Shown here piece by piece: positions 39,071 through 52,116 of a stretch of DNA of 64,000 nucleotides. Below the pieces are notes generated by a model. It was not told the DNA's origin. It searched no databases and saw nothing but the letters and a program-made list of their open reading frames with translations. This DNA is from Macrostomum hystrix (Eukaryota > Animalia > Platyhelminthes): the NCBI GenBank assembly GCA_950097015.1, contig CATNEN010000007.1, positions 310,001-374,000 of the forward strand. The letters run 5' to 3'. Every line of letters starts with the position of its first letter. Position 1 is the first letter of the stretch. The position numbers and the translations under genes were made by a program.

Positions 39071-40144
39071 TTACGTATAACAAGAGTTCTTGTAGTTAAT
39101 AAGCAAGTCATTAAGAATGCCAAACATAGAACAAATGTGTTTTTAATTGAACTACATTCTTCGCCAAAAAAACTAATTCCGGCGACTAAATCCCCAAAGA
39201 ATAGACGTTAAAGCACTAAGCTGGATTCGAATTAGAGAACGGAGAGTAGAGACGAGAGACAGAAGTATGAGACAGGCAACTTTGAGAAGTCTGAGCTATT
39301 GGCTCGCAATTTTATTTCAACGAAAAACGGTTCTTGACACCGAATTGAACAGGGCGTCATAATTAAATAATTCATAAATTCATTAATTCACAATTAAAAC
39401 TACTTATAGTAGTAGTAAATGTTAAAGAAATAATTTTTCTAGACACAAACAAAAGCGCCCGCTCGAGTGGTAGTCAAGACTACGGTTAGTACGCGTAGTA
39501 CAGAAAAAAGTCAAAATATATTAAAGGAAAAAACCTACGAAAAAAGTTGTTTAATCAAGCTCTTCCTGAATCAATTCGTACCAAATAATTCATAATAATA
39601 TTAATTTATTACTAACAGCTGACCTGGACACAAACAATTATAACAAATCTCTTCACTGCACAGAAAATAACTCGCGCGAGATGATAGAAGCTCAGGCGGT
39701 AGATATGGCAGCATTTTCTTACCGGAATTTCACAAAGTTAAAGCAAAAAGAATTAGTTTACTATTTAAATTGAGTCTTAGTAACTACATAGCAACTAAGG
39801 GTGCAGGTAACAGTGCAAATGGTACATTTCTGAATTTTTCTGAATTCCAGCAACACCAAAAAACAAAGCCAGTTCATTTCTTTATAGCTTTTTTTCAAAC
39901 AGCAATCAAGAAACAAGCGATGGTAGGCAGTTCAAGATGAGCGAATAATTCAGGGGGTCACAGGTAAGTCCATTGTTTAATAGTTGGCTATCTATTTGAA
40001 ATATATATAGCTACACGATTAGTTCAAAACAGTTGCAAACCAACAAAATTTGTTGGCAATATTGTTAGCGCAAATTACGAGTTCTATGGAGATTTCTATC
40101 CTTTTTTCTAAGAAATATCGATCAGGCTGTCTAACGGGGTAAAA

Positions 40145-40418
40145 CGGGGTTTAGTCAGGTGGGTGGATGGGGTTTAGTCAGGCGGGTGGATGGGGTTTAG
40201 TCAGGCGGGAGGATGGGGTTTAGTCAGGCGGGTGGATGGGGTTTAGTCAGGTGGGTGGATGGGGTTTAGTCAGGTGGGTGGATGGGGTTTAGTCAGGTGG
40301 GTGGATGGGGTTTAGTCAGGCGGGAGGATGGGGTTTAGTCAGGTGGGTGGATGGGGTTTAGTCAGGTGGGTGGATGGGGTTTAGTCAGGTGGGTGGATGG
40401 GGTTTAGTCAGGTGGGTT
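40145..40418. repeat. 23-bp G-rich minisatellite (ggggtttagtcaggtgggtggat)
   Basis: Direct inspection; lies just downstream of the NNT stop codon. Confidence 0.93.
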
Positions 40419-40558
40419 AAAGGTATATAATTGGCAGTTAAGTTACTAATAAATTATTAAGTGACTATTGACTCTGAAATTCCTAATTCTAGCAGTAAAT
40501 ATCCCATGATTTTCTCCCGAGTTCACAAAGGATGAGCACGGACTGCTCAAGCGGGCAG

Positions 40559-43500
40559 TCAGTTCTCGCCGTAGTACTCCTTGACCTTGGCCAGCAGGCC
40601 GTCGCACATCTTCTTCGCGTCGCCAAGCAGCATGCCGGTGTTCTCCTTGAAGAAGATCGGGTTGTCAACAGCGGCGTAGCCGACACCGAGGGTGCGCTTC
40701 ACCACCACGACCTGCTTAGAGTTCCATACGCGCAGGACGGGCATGCCTGGGATGGGATTTGGGTTAAGTTTGATTTGAGCACAAATTATTTTTGTAGCAA
40801 ATCTATTTCCCGTCGCACACTAGTTACGCTTTACAAGGTGAGGTACCGAGAAAAATTACAAATTCAATGATAATTATGAATTTTATGAAGGGAAATTTAA
40901 CGCGAAAAATTTGTGAAATTTGAAGTTCAGGAAAGTGAAAATACTGACGAAGAAGTTCAGGTAAAAAAAACTTCCAAGAAGGAAAATTTTAGGAAAGAAT
41001 ACTCAGGAAGGAAAAGTTCAGGGAAGAAGAACACTCAGGAAGGAAAAGTTCAGGGAAGAACACTCAGGAAGGAAAAGTTCAGGGAAGAACACTCAGGAAG
41101 GAAAAGTTCAGGGAAGAACACTCAGGAAGGAAAAGTTCAGGGAAGAACACTCAGGAAGGAAAAGTTCAGGGAAGAACACTCAGGAAGGAAAAGTTCAGGG
41201 AAGAACACTCAGGGAGGAAAAGTTCAGGGAAGAACACTCAGGGAGGAAAAGTTCAGGGAAGAACACTCAGGAAGGAAAAGTTCAGGGAAGAACACTCAGG
41301 GAGGAAAAGTTCAGGGAAGAACACTCAGGAAGGAAAAGTTCAGGGAAGAACACTCAGGAAGGAAAAGTTCAGGGAAGAACACTCAGGAAGGAAAAGTTCA
41401 GGGAAGTGAAAAGAATCAGCACTGACCAGCGATGATGCTGTTAGGGTCCTCCTCGGCGGCGGAGTTGACCGTGTCATTGGCGCCGATGACAAGCACCAGG
41501 TCGGTCTCGGGGAAGTCGTGGTTGATCTCCTCCATCTCCAGCACAATGTCGTAGGGCACGCCGGCCTCGGCTAGCAGCACATTGAGCTGACCGGGCATGC
41601 GGCCGGCCACGGGGTGAATGCCGAAGCGGACATTCACGCCCTTCTTGCGCAGCAGAGTGACCAGCTCAGCCAGCGGGTACTGGGCCTTGGCCACGCACAG
41701 GCCGTAGCCTGGAGTGATGATCACATTGCGGGCGTTCACTGCCCAGTCGGCGACTTGGTCGACGTTCACCTGGCAATAGTCAGCGTGGACCAGTACAGAC
41801 TAGCACAGATACTACTACCACAAATACTACTAGCACAGATACTTCTAGCACAGATATTACTAGCACAGATACTACTAGCACAGATACTACTAGCACAGAT
41901 ACTACTAGCACAGATACTACTAGCACAGATACTACTAGCACAGATACTACTAGCACAGATACTACTAGCACAGATACTACTAGCACAGATATTACTAGCA
42001 CAGATACTACTAGCACAGATACTACTAGCACAGATACTACTAGCACAGATACTACTAGCACAGATACTACTGCACAGATACTACTACCACAGATACTACT
42101 AGCACAGATACTACTAGCACAGATATTACTAGCACAGATACTACTAGCACAGATACTACTAGCACAGATACTACTAGCACAGATACTACTAGCACAGATA
42201 CTACTAGCACAGATACTACTAGCACAGATACTACTAGCACAGATACTACTAGCACAGATACTACTAGCACAGATACTACTAGCATATATACCCCAGCCGC
42301 TCACCTCAGTGTGGGTACCGGTGATCTCCATAGCTTTGCCGCCGGCATAGGAGCTGGTGCCGTAGCCGCCAAAGATGACATTGGGCAGGCTGCGGTTCAT
42401 GGCCTTGCACATGATGTAGGATAGAATTGCACCGCTGCTGCCGATGAGAGCGCCGACAACGGTCATGAGGTTGTTCTCAAGCATGAAGCCTTCGGCGCAG
42501 AGGGCCCAACCGGAGTATGAGTTCAGCACCGTGATCACAACAGGCATGTCGGCGCCTGCAGGGAATTTAAAATCTCATGGTTAGGTTAATATGATATCGC
42601 CAGCGAAACCAGCAGGATCCCTTAAATAGGTTACATACGGAATTATTTCCATTTCAAATATTTCCAGAAATTTTATGGTTTAAAAGGCCGGTTAGACAGG
42701 TTCGGGTTGGGTTAGACAGGTTCGGGTTGGGTTAGACAGGTTCGGGTTGGGTTACCTCCAATAGCGGCAGTGAGGGTGACGCCCATGACGGAGGACAGGC
42801 CGGTGGTGGCAGCCAGGGCGGCCAGGCCGGAGGTCAGGTCGGGCAGGGCCACCAGGGCGCCGCCAGATGCCAGGCTCGTGGCAAACAGCGAGGCGTTGAG
42901 GGCGTTACGACCAGGCAGCATGAGCGGCTCGGACTTCAGCAGGCCCTGAAGCTTGCCGAAAGCCACCAGGGAGCCGGTGAAGGTCACACCGCCGATGTAG
43001 GTGCCGAGGAAGGCGACAGTCTTCAGTAGGTTGGCAGCGGCGGCGTCGCCGGCGGCGAAGTGCGGCTGCTCGTGAATGTAGGTGGCCACGCAGGTGATGA
43101 CTGCTGCGGCGCCGACCAGGCTGTGGAACAAGGCCACCATCTGGGGCAGGTCCGTCACCTCCATCCGCTTGGCCATGACGCCGCCGATGCTGGCGCCGGA
43201 GAGGCAGACGATGCCCATCTGGGCCAGCACCGAGGCGTCTGGCTGGATGATGCCCAGGGTGGCTGCCAAGCCGCCGGACACGCCCATGATGCCAAGGGCA
43301 TTGCCTGTTTAGGGGAAGGTGGAGATACAGGGATAAGATATGGGAATACGGGAGAAATAAGATGGGGAGCGGAATTCTGAGATATAGGGATCAAGAGAAG
43401 ATGGAATCAGGAGAAGATGGGATCACGAGAAGATGGGATCAGGAGAAGATGGGATCAGGAAAAGATGGTATCAGGAGAAGATGGGATCAGGAGAAGATGG

Positions 43501-46500
43501 GATCAGGAGAAGATGGGATCAGGAGAAGATGGGATCAGGAGAAGATGGTATCAGGAGAAGATGGGATCAGGAGAAGATGGTATCAGGAGAATATGGTGAT
43601 CAGAAAGAGATTGGATTAATTGAAGGATGAAATTAGAGGAAAGAGAGGACCAAAAATAATAAGAATAATAATAATTGCAGGAGGGCTGCAGGCAATGGCA
43701 CATCATTAGGTGACACTAGACCCGCAGCCATCAAGGAGGCAATTCTGCCCATTCCGCTGACTGCTGAGCACACACGCACACAGATACTGTACGTAGGCAC
43801 TCTGCCTTGGAGGTTGGCCCTCAATGGCGTAAATTGCACAACAAGTCCCCAAGCCTTCTCTCCGCGGCTGCGCTCCAAATAAATGTGGCCTCGCCGCGGA
43901 ATCGAGCTCAGCGACCGTGCGGGCTTAGAGAAAAGCAATCGGCGGTCAGCTCAATAATCGCAGGGACTAGCGGGGCTACAAACCCAATCGGCTGGTCTTC
44001 TGCGAGCTGAGGCCGGTGAGGGCGCCAACGCAGCAGAGAGAAGATCCCAGGTAGGCCAGCTGATGCAGGTCGTGGCCGCCGCCCTGGTACAGGAGGGCGC
44101 CGTAGCCGCCAATGAGGGTGGCGCCGGGCACCAGGTAAAGGTAGTTGAACTCCGGCGGGTCAGTGGGCCGCTTGAACATGTCCAGCATGCGCTGGGTGAC
44201 AAGGAAGCCGCCGCCGATGTTAACGCTGGAGATAAAAGCGGCCAAGGCGCCGAGCGACTGCGGCAAAGTGGACGGCGTCAGGCCGCCGCCCATCAGCAGG
44301 AGGCCGCCGACAGCCGTGATGCCGGAGATGGCGTTGGTGACGCTCATTAGGGGGCTGTGCAGGGCCGGTGTGACGCCCCACACTGTGTGATAGCCGACTA
44401 TGGTGGACAGAGAGAGGGTTGTCACCTGGGCGGGTGGTCAGGGTGTGAATTAGGTGAGAAATAGTCTAGCCAAACGAGCTGCAAACAGTATAACAAATTT
44501 AACTTGGGGTCCATGCAAGCAAAACTTAAAATCGAGCGTAGAATCGTTAAAAATATTTTCTTTTCTCACCATAAAATAATTAGAACGCTTGAAAATATGT
44601 CTAATCGTCACAAATCAATTTTCAGAATCGTCAAAAACAAATTTTCAGAATCGTCCCAAATCAAATTTTAGAATCCTCCGAAACAAGCTATTAGAATCGT
44701 CCTAAAAACGTCCTCAGAATCGTCCTAAATCAAATTTTAGAATTGTCTCAAACAAATATTTGTAATCGTCCCGAAATCTTTTGAATCGTCCTAAACACAG
44801 CTTTGGAATAGACCTAAACAAGCCTTTAGAATCGACCTAAACAAGCCTTTAGAATCGACCTAAACAAGCCTTTAGAATCGACCTAAACAAGCCTTTAGAA
44901 TCGACCTAAACAAGCCTTTAGAATCGACCTAAACAAGCCTTTAGAATCGACCTAAACAAGCCTTTAGAATCGACCTAAACAAGCCTTTAGAATCGACCTA
45001 AACAAGCCTTTAGAATCGACCTAAACAAGCCTTTAGAATCGACCTAAACAAGTCTTTAGAATCGTCCTAAACAAATCTTTGGAATCGACCTAAACAAATG
45101 TTTGGAATCATCCTAAAAAACCTTTGGAATCGACCTAAACAAGTCTTTAGAATCGTCCTAAACAAGTCTTTGGAATCGTCCTAAACAAGTCTTTGGAATC
45201 GTCCTAAAAAAGTCTTTAGAGTCGTCCTAAATCAAATTTCAGATTCGTTTCAAACAAATCTTTAGAATCGCCCCGAAATTTTCATAATCGTCCTAAAAAT
45301 CTTTGGAATCGTCCCAAATCAAATTTCAGAATCGTCTTAAACAAATATTTGGAATCGTCCTAAACAAATCTTGAAATCGTCCCAATAGCATTTCGATTAG
45401 TAAACATTATGAGTAGAATCGTCCAATTATACTCGAATCGTCGAATATATTGAGCAGCCGCAGCCCAGAGCTCACCATGCCGGAGAAGGCAGGTGACGGA
45501 GACACGTAGCCAAGGCCCAGCAGGGTGCCCAGTCCGGCGCCGTAGCCGCTCGCGCTTTTCAAAGTGTCGGCAAAATAATTGGGCTCCTTGGCTTCCAGCT
45601 CCTTGACTGTCGCCTTCTTGGCGGCCGCCGGAGCTGCAGCTGGGGGCGGCGCCGGAGCCGGCGGAGGCCAGATGAGCTTGCCGGAGTCGATGACGCAGGA
45701 GCCGCGCACAACCTCGTCGTTCATGTCCAGGTAGAAATGATCCTTGGCGCCCATTGATAGCAGCAGCTTGGACACATTGTTGGCGTACAGCGTACTGGCC
45801 TGGAGAGCGTTAGTTTGAGTGACACTTCTAATGGTGCGTTGGCTACGCTTGTTATGGGATGTACATTCCCGAGGTGCTTCGGTCAGATCCTCAAGAATTT
45901 AGACAATATTGACATTCTTAAAAAGCGAAGAGAAAGGTTTTCCAAGGAAACGAGCAAATTTCCACATTTGCAAGATTTTGCTGTGAAAAGGGAGAGGGGA
46001 AGATTCTCTAGGGATAGGGGAAGATTGTGTAGGGATGAGGGAAAAGGAATTCTTATTCAAATCCAAACTCACCTGAGTAGGCAGCCGGGACGGCAGATCG
46101 GTGTAGCCGATGTGCACAACGTCCTTGTACTTGTACAGTTCGCCAGGCATAGTAGTCTCAATATTGCCGCCTGCCTCGGAGGCCAGGTCCACCACCACGG
46201 AGCCGGGCTTCATGGACTCGATCATCTCGCGGGAGATGAGCTTCGGCGCCGGCCTGCCAGGAATGAGCGCCGTCGTGATGAGGATGTCAATCTCGCGGCA
46301 CTGCTTGGCGAACAGCTCCATCTCGGCCTTGATGAACTCCGGCGACATCTCCTTGGCGTAGCCGCCGGTGCCTTCGCCCGACTCTTTCAGCGACACCTCC
46401 AGGAATTGCGCGCCGAACGACTCTACCTGGGAGAGACCGATTGGGATTGGGAGAGAATAGAGATAGCAGCTTAATCTGTACAAACTGTATTGATCGATCT

Positions 46501-48284
46501 GTACAAACTGTATTGATCAATCTGTACAAACTGTATTGATCAATCTGTACAAACTGTATTGATCAATCTGTACAAACTGTATTGATCAATCTGTACAGAC
46601 TGTATTGATCAATCTGTACAAACTGTATTGATCAATCTGTACAGACTGTATTGATCAATCTGTACAGACTGTATTGATCAATCTGTACAACAACCAACGC
46701 ATAGAAAACATGCGCACTGACCTGTTCCTTAACAGCCGCTCGGGTGTCGAACGCCCTAACAATGGCGCCCATGTTCTTGGCGGTGCCGATGGACGACAGG
46801 CCGGCCACGCCGCCGCCGATGACCAGCACCTTGGCTGGCGGAATCTTACCGGCGGCGGTGATCTGGCCGGCAAAGAATCGACCGAAATTGTTGGCGGCCA
46901 GCAAAACCGCTTTGTAGCCTGCGCAGGGGACGATTAGTAGGCGAAATTTAAGATCATTTTATTAACGAGCGATAACAAATCTAATGTCCAAGTCAGGGTC
47001 ACTTTATTGGCGGAGCAATGATCAATCTGATTGGACGGTGTAGGTCAGGCTAATTTTATTGGTGGATCAATCTGATTGGACGGTACACCTCAAGGTCATT
47101 CTATTGGCGGAGCAATGATTGGATAGACTATAAAACAAGGCTCTAGGTCATAATTCAATGTAGCTTTCTTTGAGGATGCTACATTTCAAGGACACTCTAT
47201 GTTTGAAAATTGGATTAGAAAACATTTCTCATTAACTCACCGGCAATATTGGCCATAGACGATAGAGCGTCAAACACCTGAGCCCTTGAGATTCTAGGCA
47301 CGCAGTCCATAGCGATGACATTGCCACCCCTGGCCTGCAGAGCCTTCACGAGGTCCGGATTCTGGGCCGGGTAGAGAAACGTCACCAGAGTGTTGCCCGG
47401 CTTCAGCAGGCCGACCTCGGCTGGCGACGGCGCCCGCACCTTCAGCACAATGTCCGATTGGAACGCGGCGGCCTGGTCCACAATGCTGGCGCCGCTCTTT
47501 TGAAAGTCGGTGTCATGAAATTCGGCTTCGGCGCCGGCGCCTCGCTCAACATTGATGCGAAAGCCTTTCTTGGACAGGGCCTGCGGAGTGGACAGAACCG
47601 CTTGAGCGATATTCTCGGCGAGGTTAAATTTATTTCATGCACCCCCAACACACGAATTAGCACTGCGCCTCAGTGCGGCCTTGCCAGGCCTTCAAACCTT
47701 ATCAGCATGTCACCCGAATGTGCTTGCATCATCTCCGTCTTCGGTGGTCACCTACCTTTATCTAGACGGACTGCTAGATCTACTCGTAGAAGAGCTACAA
47801 CAGGTGGAACTAGGCCACTATGGACACCCTGACGCGAAGTTCTCTAATTTCAACTGCTCAAGCCTAAATATTAGGCGCAGCTCAACCACAGGACACCCTC
47901 GCCTAGTCTGTCAACCAATCAGGTCACCAGACAACACTGTTAGCATTCGGGCGCTGCCAAAACATTTTCAGGGGGCGGAGAAATTCCCCCTTTGGTATAA
48001 AAACATACAGCATACAAAATAGGTACGTAGAACAGATAAAATTGTTAAGAACAATCTACCTGCACAGCGGCCGGACTGAGCGCCACTCGCCGTTCATTCT
48101 GCCAGGACTCTTTCGGCACGCCGATGCTCAGCTGACTGTAGGCAACGCCACGCAGCGACTGCTCGGCCGTCTGGGGCGCCGCAGCGGCCGAAGCCGGTCG
48201 GTGCAGGGGCGCCGAAGTGCTCAGCAGCCGGATTGTGATGGCGCTGGCCCGAATGGCGGCGTCGGACTTGAACATGGCGAGCAT
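40559..48284 (-). CDS. NNT: NAD(P) transhydrogenase, mitochondrial (proton-translocating), 10 exons
   Basis: Phase-compatible exons 48284-48060, 47580-47241, 46918-46722, 46426-46073, 45799-45476, 44425-43984, 43304-42756, 42555-42305, 41769-41427 and 40746-40559. Motifs [96 protein letters not shown]; mitochondrial-type presequence. Confidence 0.97.
40990..41405. repeat. Intronic 29-bp minisatellite (ggaaaagttcagggaagaacactcaggaa)
   Basis: Direct inspection. Confidence 0.95.
41795..42285. repeat. Intronic 15-bp minisatellite (gcacagatactacta)
   Basis: Direct inspection. Confidence 0.95.
43380..43600. repeat. Intronic 16-bp minisatellite (gatgggatcaggagaa)
   Basis: Direct inspection. Confidence 0.92.
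43665..43930 (-). mobile_element. tRNA-derived SINE, family B copy 2 (5' diverged, internal deletion)
   Basis: Shares GAGCTCGATTCCGCGGCGAGGCCAC, TTGTGCAATTTACGCC..GAGGGCCAACCTCCAAGGCA and the GGGCAGAATTGCCTCC..GCGGGTCTAGTGTCACC body with copy 1; (ATT)n tail. Confidence 0.8.
44560..45390. repeat. Intronic 23-bp minisatellite (aatcgacctaaacaagcctttag) with degenerate flanks
   Basis: Homogeneous core ~44810-45060 that decays on both sides. Confidence 0.9.
46470..46690. repeat. Intronic 23-bp minisatellite (ctgtattgatcaatctgtacaaa)
   Basis: Direct inspection. Confidence 0.95.
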
Positions 48285-49269
48285 GCTGACCGCGAGCAGC
48301 CGACTAACTGCAACACAGTCAGGGCGATAGAGATCTAGTCGGGGCGATGGAGACGAAACACTTCTGAGTTATGCTTTATGCAACGCACCCCTATTAGGAT
48401 CTACTTTCTATTAAGCTTTGGCCGCGTTAAATTAACTTTCCAGAAAATATATAAATGTTAAATGTAGGAAATGTAACATCTTTTCAAGAAAAGTAACAAT
48501 TTTCCAGGAAACGCAAAACTTCTGAGATGTGCTTTAAAATAAATCCGACCACATAAGAAAGTTCTTTTCAGGAAACGAAACCATTATGAGATCTATTTCC
48601 TAGTAAATTTATGCCCGCTTAATTCACTATTCCTGAAATTTATTCCTCAAAAGTTCAAATTTCTAAGAAATACAAAACAATCTTGGATCTCCTTCCTAGG
48701 AGCTTTTTATATCCTTTAAAGATACCATCTGCAAGATTTCCTCAATTAGAAATATAATGTCATTTAAAAATAGATCGAAGTAAAATAAAAATAATAACAA
48801 TCTCATGCTTTTTGCAAATAGAGAAAACTTGCTAATAGATGATAACTATTTATATTTATTTATTTATCTTATTATCTGAAAGCTAAGAAAGGACAACTAC
48901 GAATACAATATATTTGGGTGGCAGCAAGCACTAAAAAACTAGGTTAATTTGCTTCATATTTTGATTTGTATCAGCAACACCGCAACACTATAGCTAGTAC
49001 TATCATTTATCGATTTAAACTTGATCTAAAATTCAAATTAAACAAAAAACAAAGGGATAGACGGTCAATACGACAAAAACATAATTATGAAGTCAATCCA
49101 GCTGTTCCTAATAGTACATCAATAGACGAAAAGGCAAAACTAATAGTACAGCAATTGTGAATAACTATGAGTAATAGTGTTTAAACACTAATACACAGCA
49201 CCCTAGATTACATGGATTTAGAAAAAACGACACGATTGAGTCAAATTAGCAAATAGACAAGCTCTTATG

Positions 49270-50285
49270 CAAACTACCTGGCAATTATCCCTATATCTAC
49301 CTGGCAATTATCCCTATATCTACCTGGCAATTATCCCTATATCTACCTGGCAATTATCCCTATATCTACCTGGCAATTATCCCTATATCTACCTGGCAAT
49401 TATCCCTATATCAACCTGGCAATTATCCCTATATCTACCTGGCAATTATCCCTATATCTACCTGGCAATTATCCCTATATCTACCTGGCAATTATCCCTA
49501 TATCTACCTGGCAATTATCCCTATATCTACCTGGCAATTATCCCTATATCTACCTGGCAATTATCCCTATATCTACCTGGCAATTATCCCTATATCTACC
49601 TGGCAATTATCCCTATATCAACCTGGCAATTATCCCTATATCAACCTGGCAATTATCCCTATATCTACCTGGCAATTATCCCTATATCTACCTGGCAATT
49701 ATCCCTATATCTACCTGGCAATTATCCCTATATCTACCTGGCAATTATCCCTATATCTACCTGGCAATTATCCCTATATCTACCTGGCAATTATCCCTAT
49801 ATCTACCTGGCAATTATCCCTATATCTAACTGGCAATTATCCCTATATGTACCTGGCAATTATCCCTATATGTACCTGGCAATTATCCCTATATCTACCT
49901 GGCAATTATCCCTATATCTACCTGGCAATTATCCCTATATCTACCTGGCAATTATCCCTATATCTAACTGGCAATTATCCCTATATCTACCTCGCAATTA
50001 TCCCTATATCTAACTGGCAATTATCCCTATATCTACCTGGCAATTATCCCTATATCTACCTGGCAATTATCCCTATATGTACCTGGCAATTATCCCTATA
50101 TCTACCTGGCAATTATCCCTATATCTACCTGGCAATTATCCCTATATCTACCTGGCAATTATCCCTATATCTAACTGGCAATTATCCCTATATCTACCTC
50201 GCAATTATCCCTATATCTAACTGACAATTATCCCTATATCTAACTGACAATTATCCCTATATCTACCTGACAATCATCCCAATAT
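49270..50285. repeat. Intergenic 23-bp minisatellite (ctacctggcaattatccctatat)
   Basis: Direct inspection. Confidence 0.97.
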
Positions 50286-50949
50286 CGACCTGACAATTAT
50301 TCCCGTGTACCAACCTCAGAAAAGTATACCAATCAGCCGCCATGGAAGGCTTTCGGGTGTGTTTTTAGACATTTTTAGCAGGAAAAAAACAAGAGTTACT
50401 AATAAATATGTAATAGTCCAATCATGAATTTATTAACAATAATAGCTGTTAGAACAGGGTTAGAGGCAACCAAACTGACAGTTAATAACGAAGCCTAAAC
50501 TATCAAAGTAAACTGGCCTAAAACGAATCCGCAAAAGTGTCCTGGACTTCCTGAACAGAAGTCGATTTGTTAATTTTTTAAATCTAATACACAATACAAA
50601 ATAACTGACAAACAAAACGAAATGGCCGAGACACAACTTTTCATTGATAGCTGTTTCGCTTTTTAAGGGGTAAAAAGTGAAAGGACAAAACGGTAATTAG
50701 CTAAACAAACACAAACAGTGCAAGGGCCTGGTAACAGCTAATTGTGTGTAAAAACTGTTATTTTATGACAGCAAAGACAAGAAAGTGTTCACGTCTAGAT
50801 TAAAAATCTACGAGAAATGAGGCCTTGTCATCAGAAATCTGCTTCACAATAGAAGTTCAAGTTTGACAGCAAAAATAAGCAGCAGTATTAGATAAGTTCA
50901 GTTTCTGGCAGCGATGAAGGCACGACCATCCAGGGGCCCGCTATTTTCT

Positions 50950-51031
50950 GTTGCCATGGCAACGAATTTCGACAATAGCAACATTGCCACGAGAAAAATA
51001 AGTTGGTAAAATGGCATGTTGCCATGGCAAC
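50950..51031. promoter_or_regulatory. Two perfect palindromic RFX X-box motifs GTTGCCATGGCAAC
   Basis: Exact 14-bp palindromes at 50950-50963 and 51018-51031 match the RFX consensus; function untested. Confidence 0.5.
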
Positions 51032-51411
51032 AACGCTTGCCTGGACTTAATAAACTACAACAGCATGCAAAATCTGAAGCAGCCCCAGAAACCAGCTTGT
51101 CAAAAAGGAAGGAAATTTGCTAACCGATTCAAATTTTCTACTAAAAAAGCGGATAGAACTAAAAGTAATTAGGCAATAGTAACACAAACAATGATTGTGC
51201 AAGCAGATTTCATCATCTGGGGAAGATGGGAACAATTAGTTGGGATCTATTTTGGGATTAAAATGTAATTAATGAAACTACGCTTAAGTAACTAAATTGG
51301 AAAAAAAATACCACTCATTAGGATAGTAGCAAATGAAACTAAATCTGTATGAAATCCACAGCTAGGAGCTAGAATGGTAAGTAGTGAATTATAGTATTTT
51401 GGAAACTCAAA

Positions 51412-52012
51412 ATCAACCTACCAGTCTACTAATCAACCTACCAGTCTACTAATCGACCTACCAGCCTTATAATCAACCTACCAGTCTACTAATCAACCTA
51501 CTAATTTACTAATCAACCTACCAATTTACTAATCAACCTACCAATTTACTAATCAACCTACCAGTCTACTAATCAACCTACCAGCCTTCTAATCAACCTA
51601 CCAGTCTACTAAACAACCTACCAGTCTACTAAACAACCTACCAGCCTATTAATCAACCTACCAGATCTCTAATCAACCTACCAGCTTTCTAATCAACCTA
51701 CCAGTCTACTAATCAACCTACCAGTCTACTAATCAACCTACCAGCCTATTAATCAACCTACCAGTCTACTAATCAACCTACCAGTCTACTAATCAACCTA
51801 CCAGTCTACTAATCAACCTACCAGTCTACTAATCAACCTACCAGTCTACTAATCAACCTACCAGTCTACTAATCAACCTACCAGTCTACTAATCAACCTA
51901 CCAGTCTACTAATCAACCTACCAGTCTACTAATCAACCTACCAGTCTACTAATCAACCTACCAGTCTACTAATCAACCTACCAGTCTACTAATCAACCTA
52001 CTAGATCTCTAA
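51412..52012. repeat. 20-bp minisatellite (ctaccagtctactaatcaac)
   Basis: Direct inspection. Confidence 0.96.
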
Positions 52013-52116
52013 TCTTGATAGCTAATTCGTGCAAATTCTTGATTACCAAGTCGGACACCATATTAAAAAGAGTTTTAGGTAGAGAAGGAAGCAAAAAATA
52101 TTGATAGCTCTGAGCC

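Noticed and set aside
40913-42285. Lys/Gly-rich 170-aa ORF and QILLA/VVSVL repeat ORFs
   Set aside because: They are translations of NNT intronic minisatellites.
49267-50224. 248-aa and 125-aa periodic ORFs
   Set aside because: They are translations of a 23-bp minisatellite.
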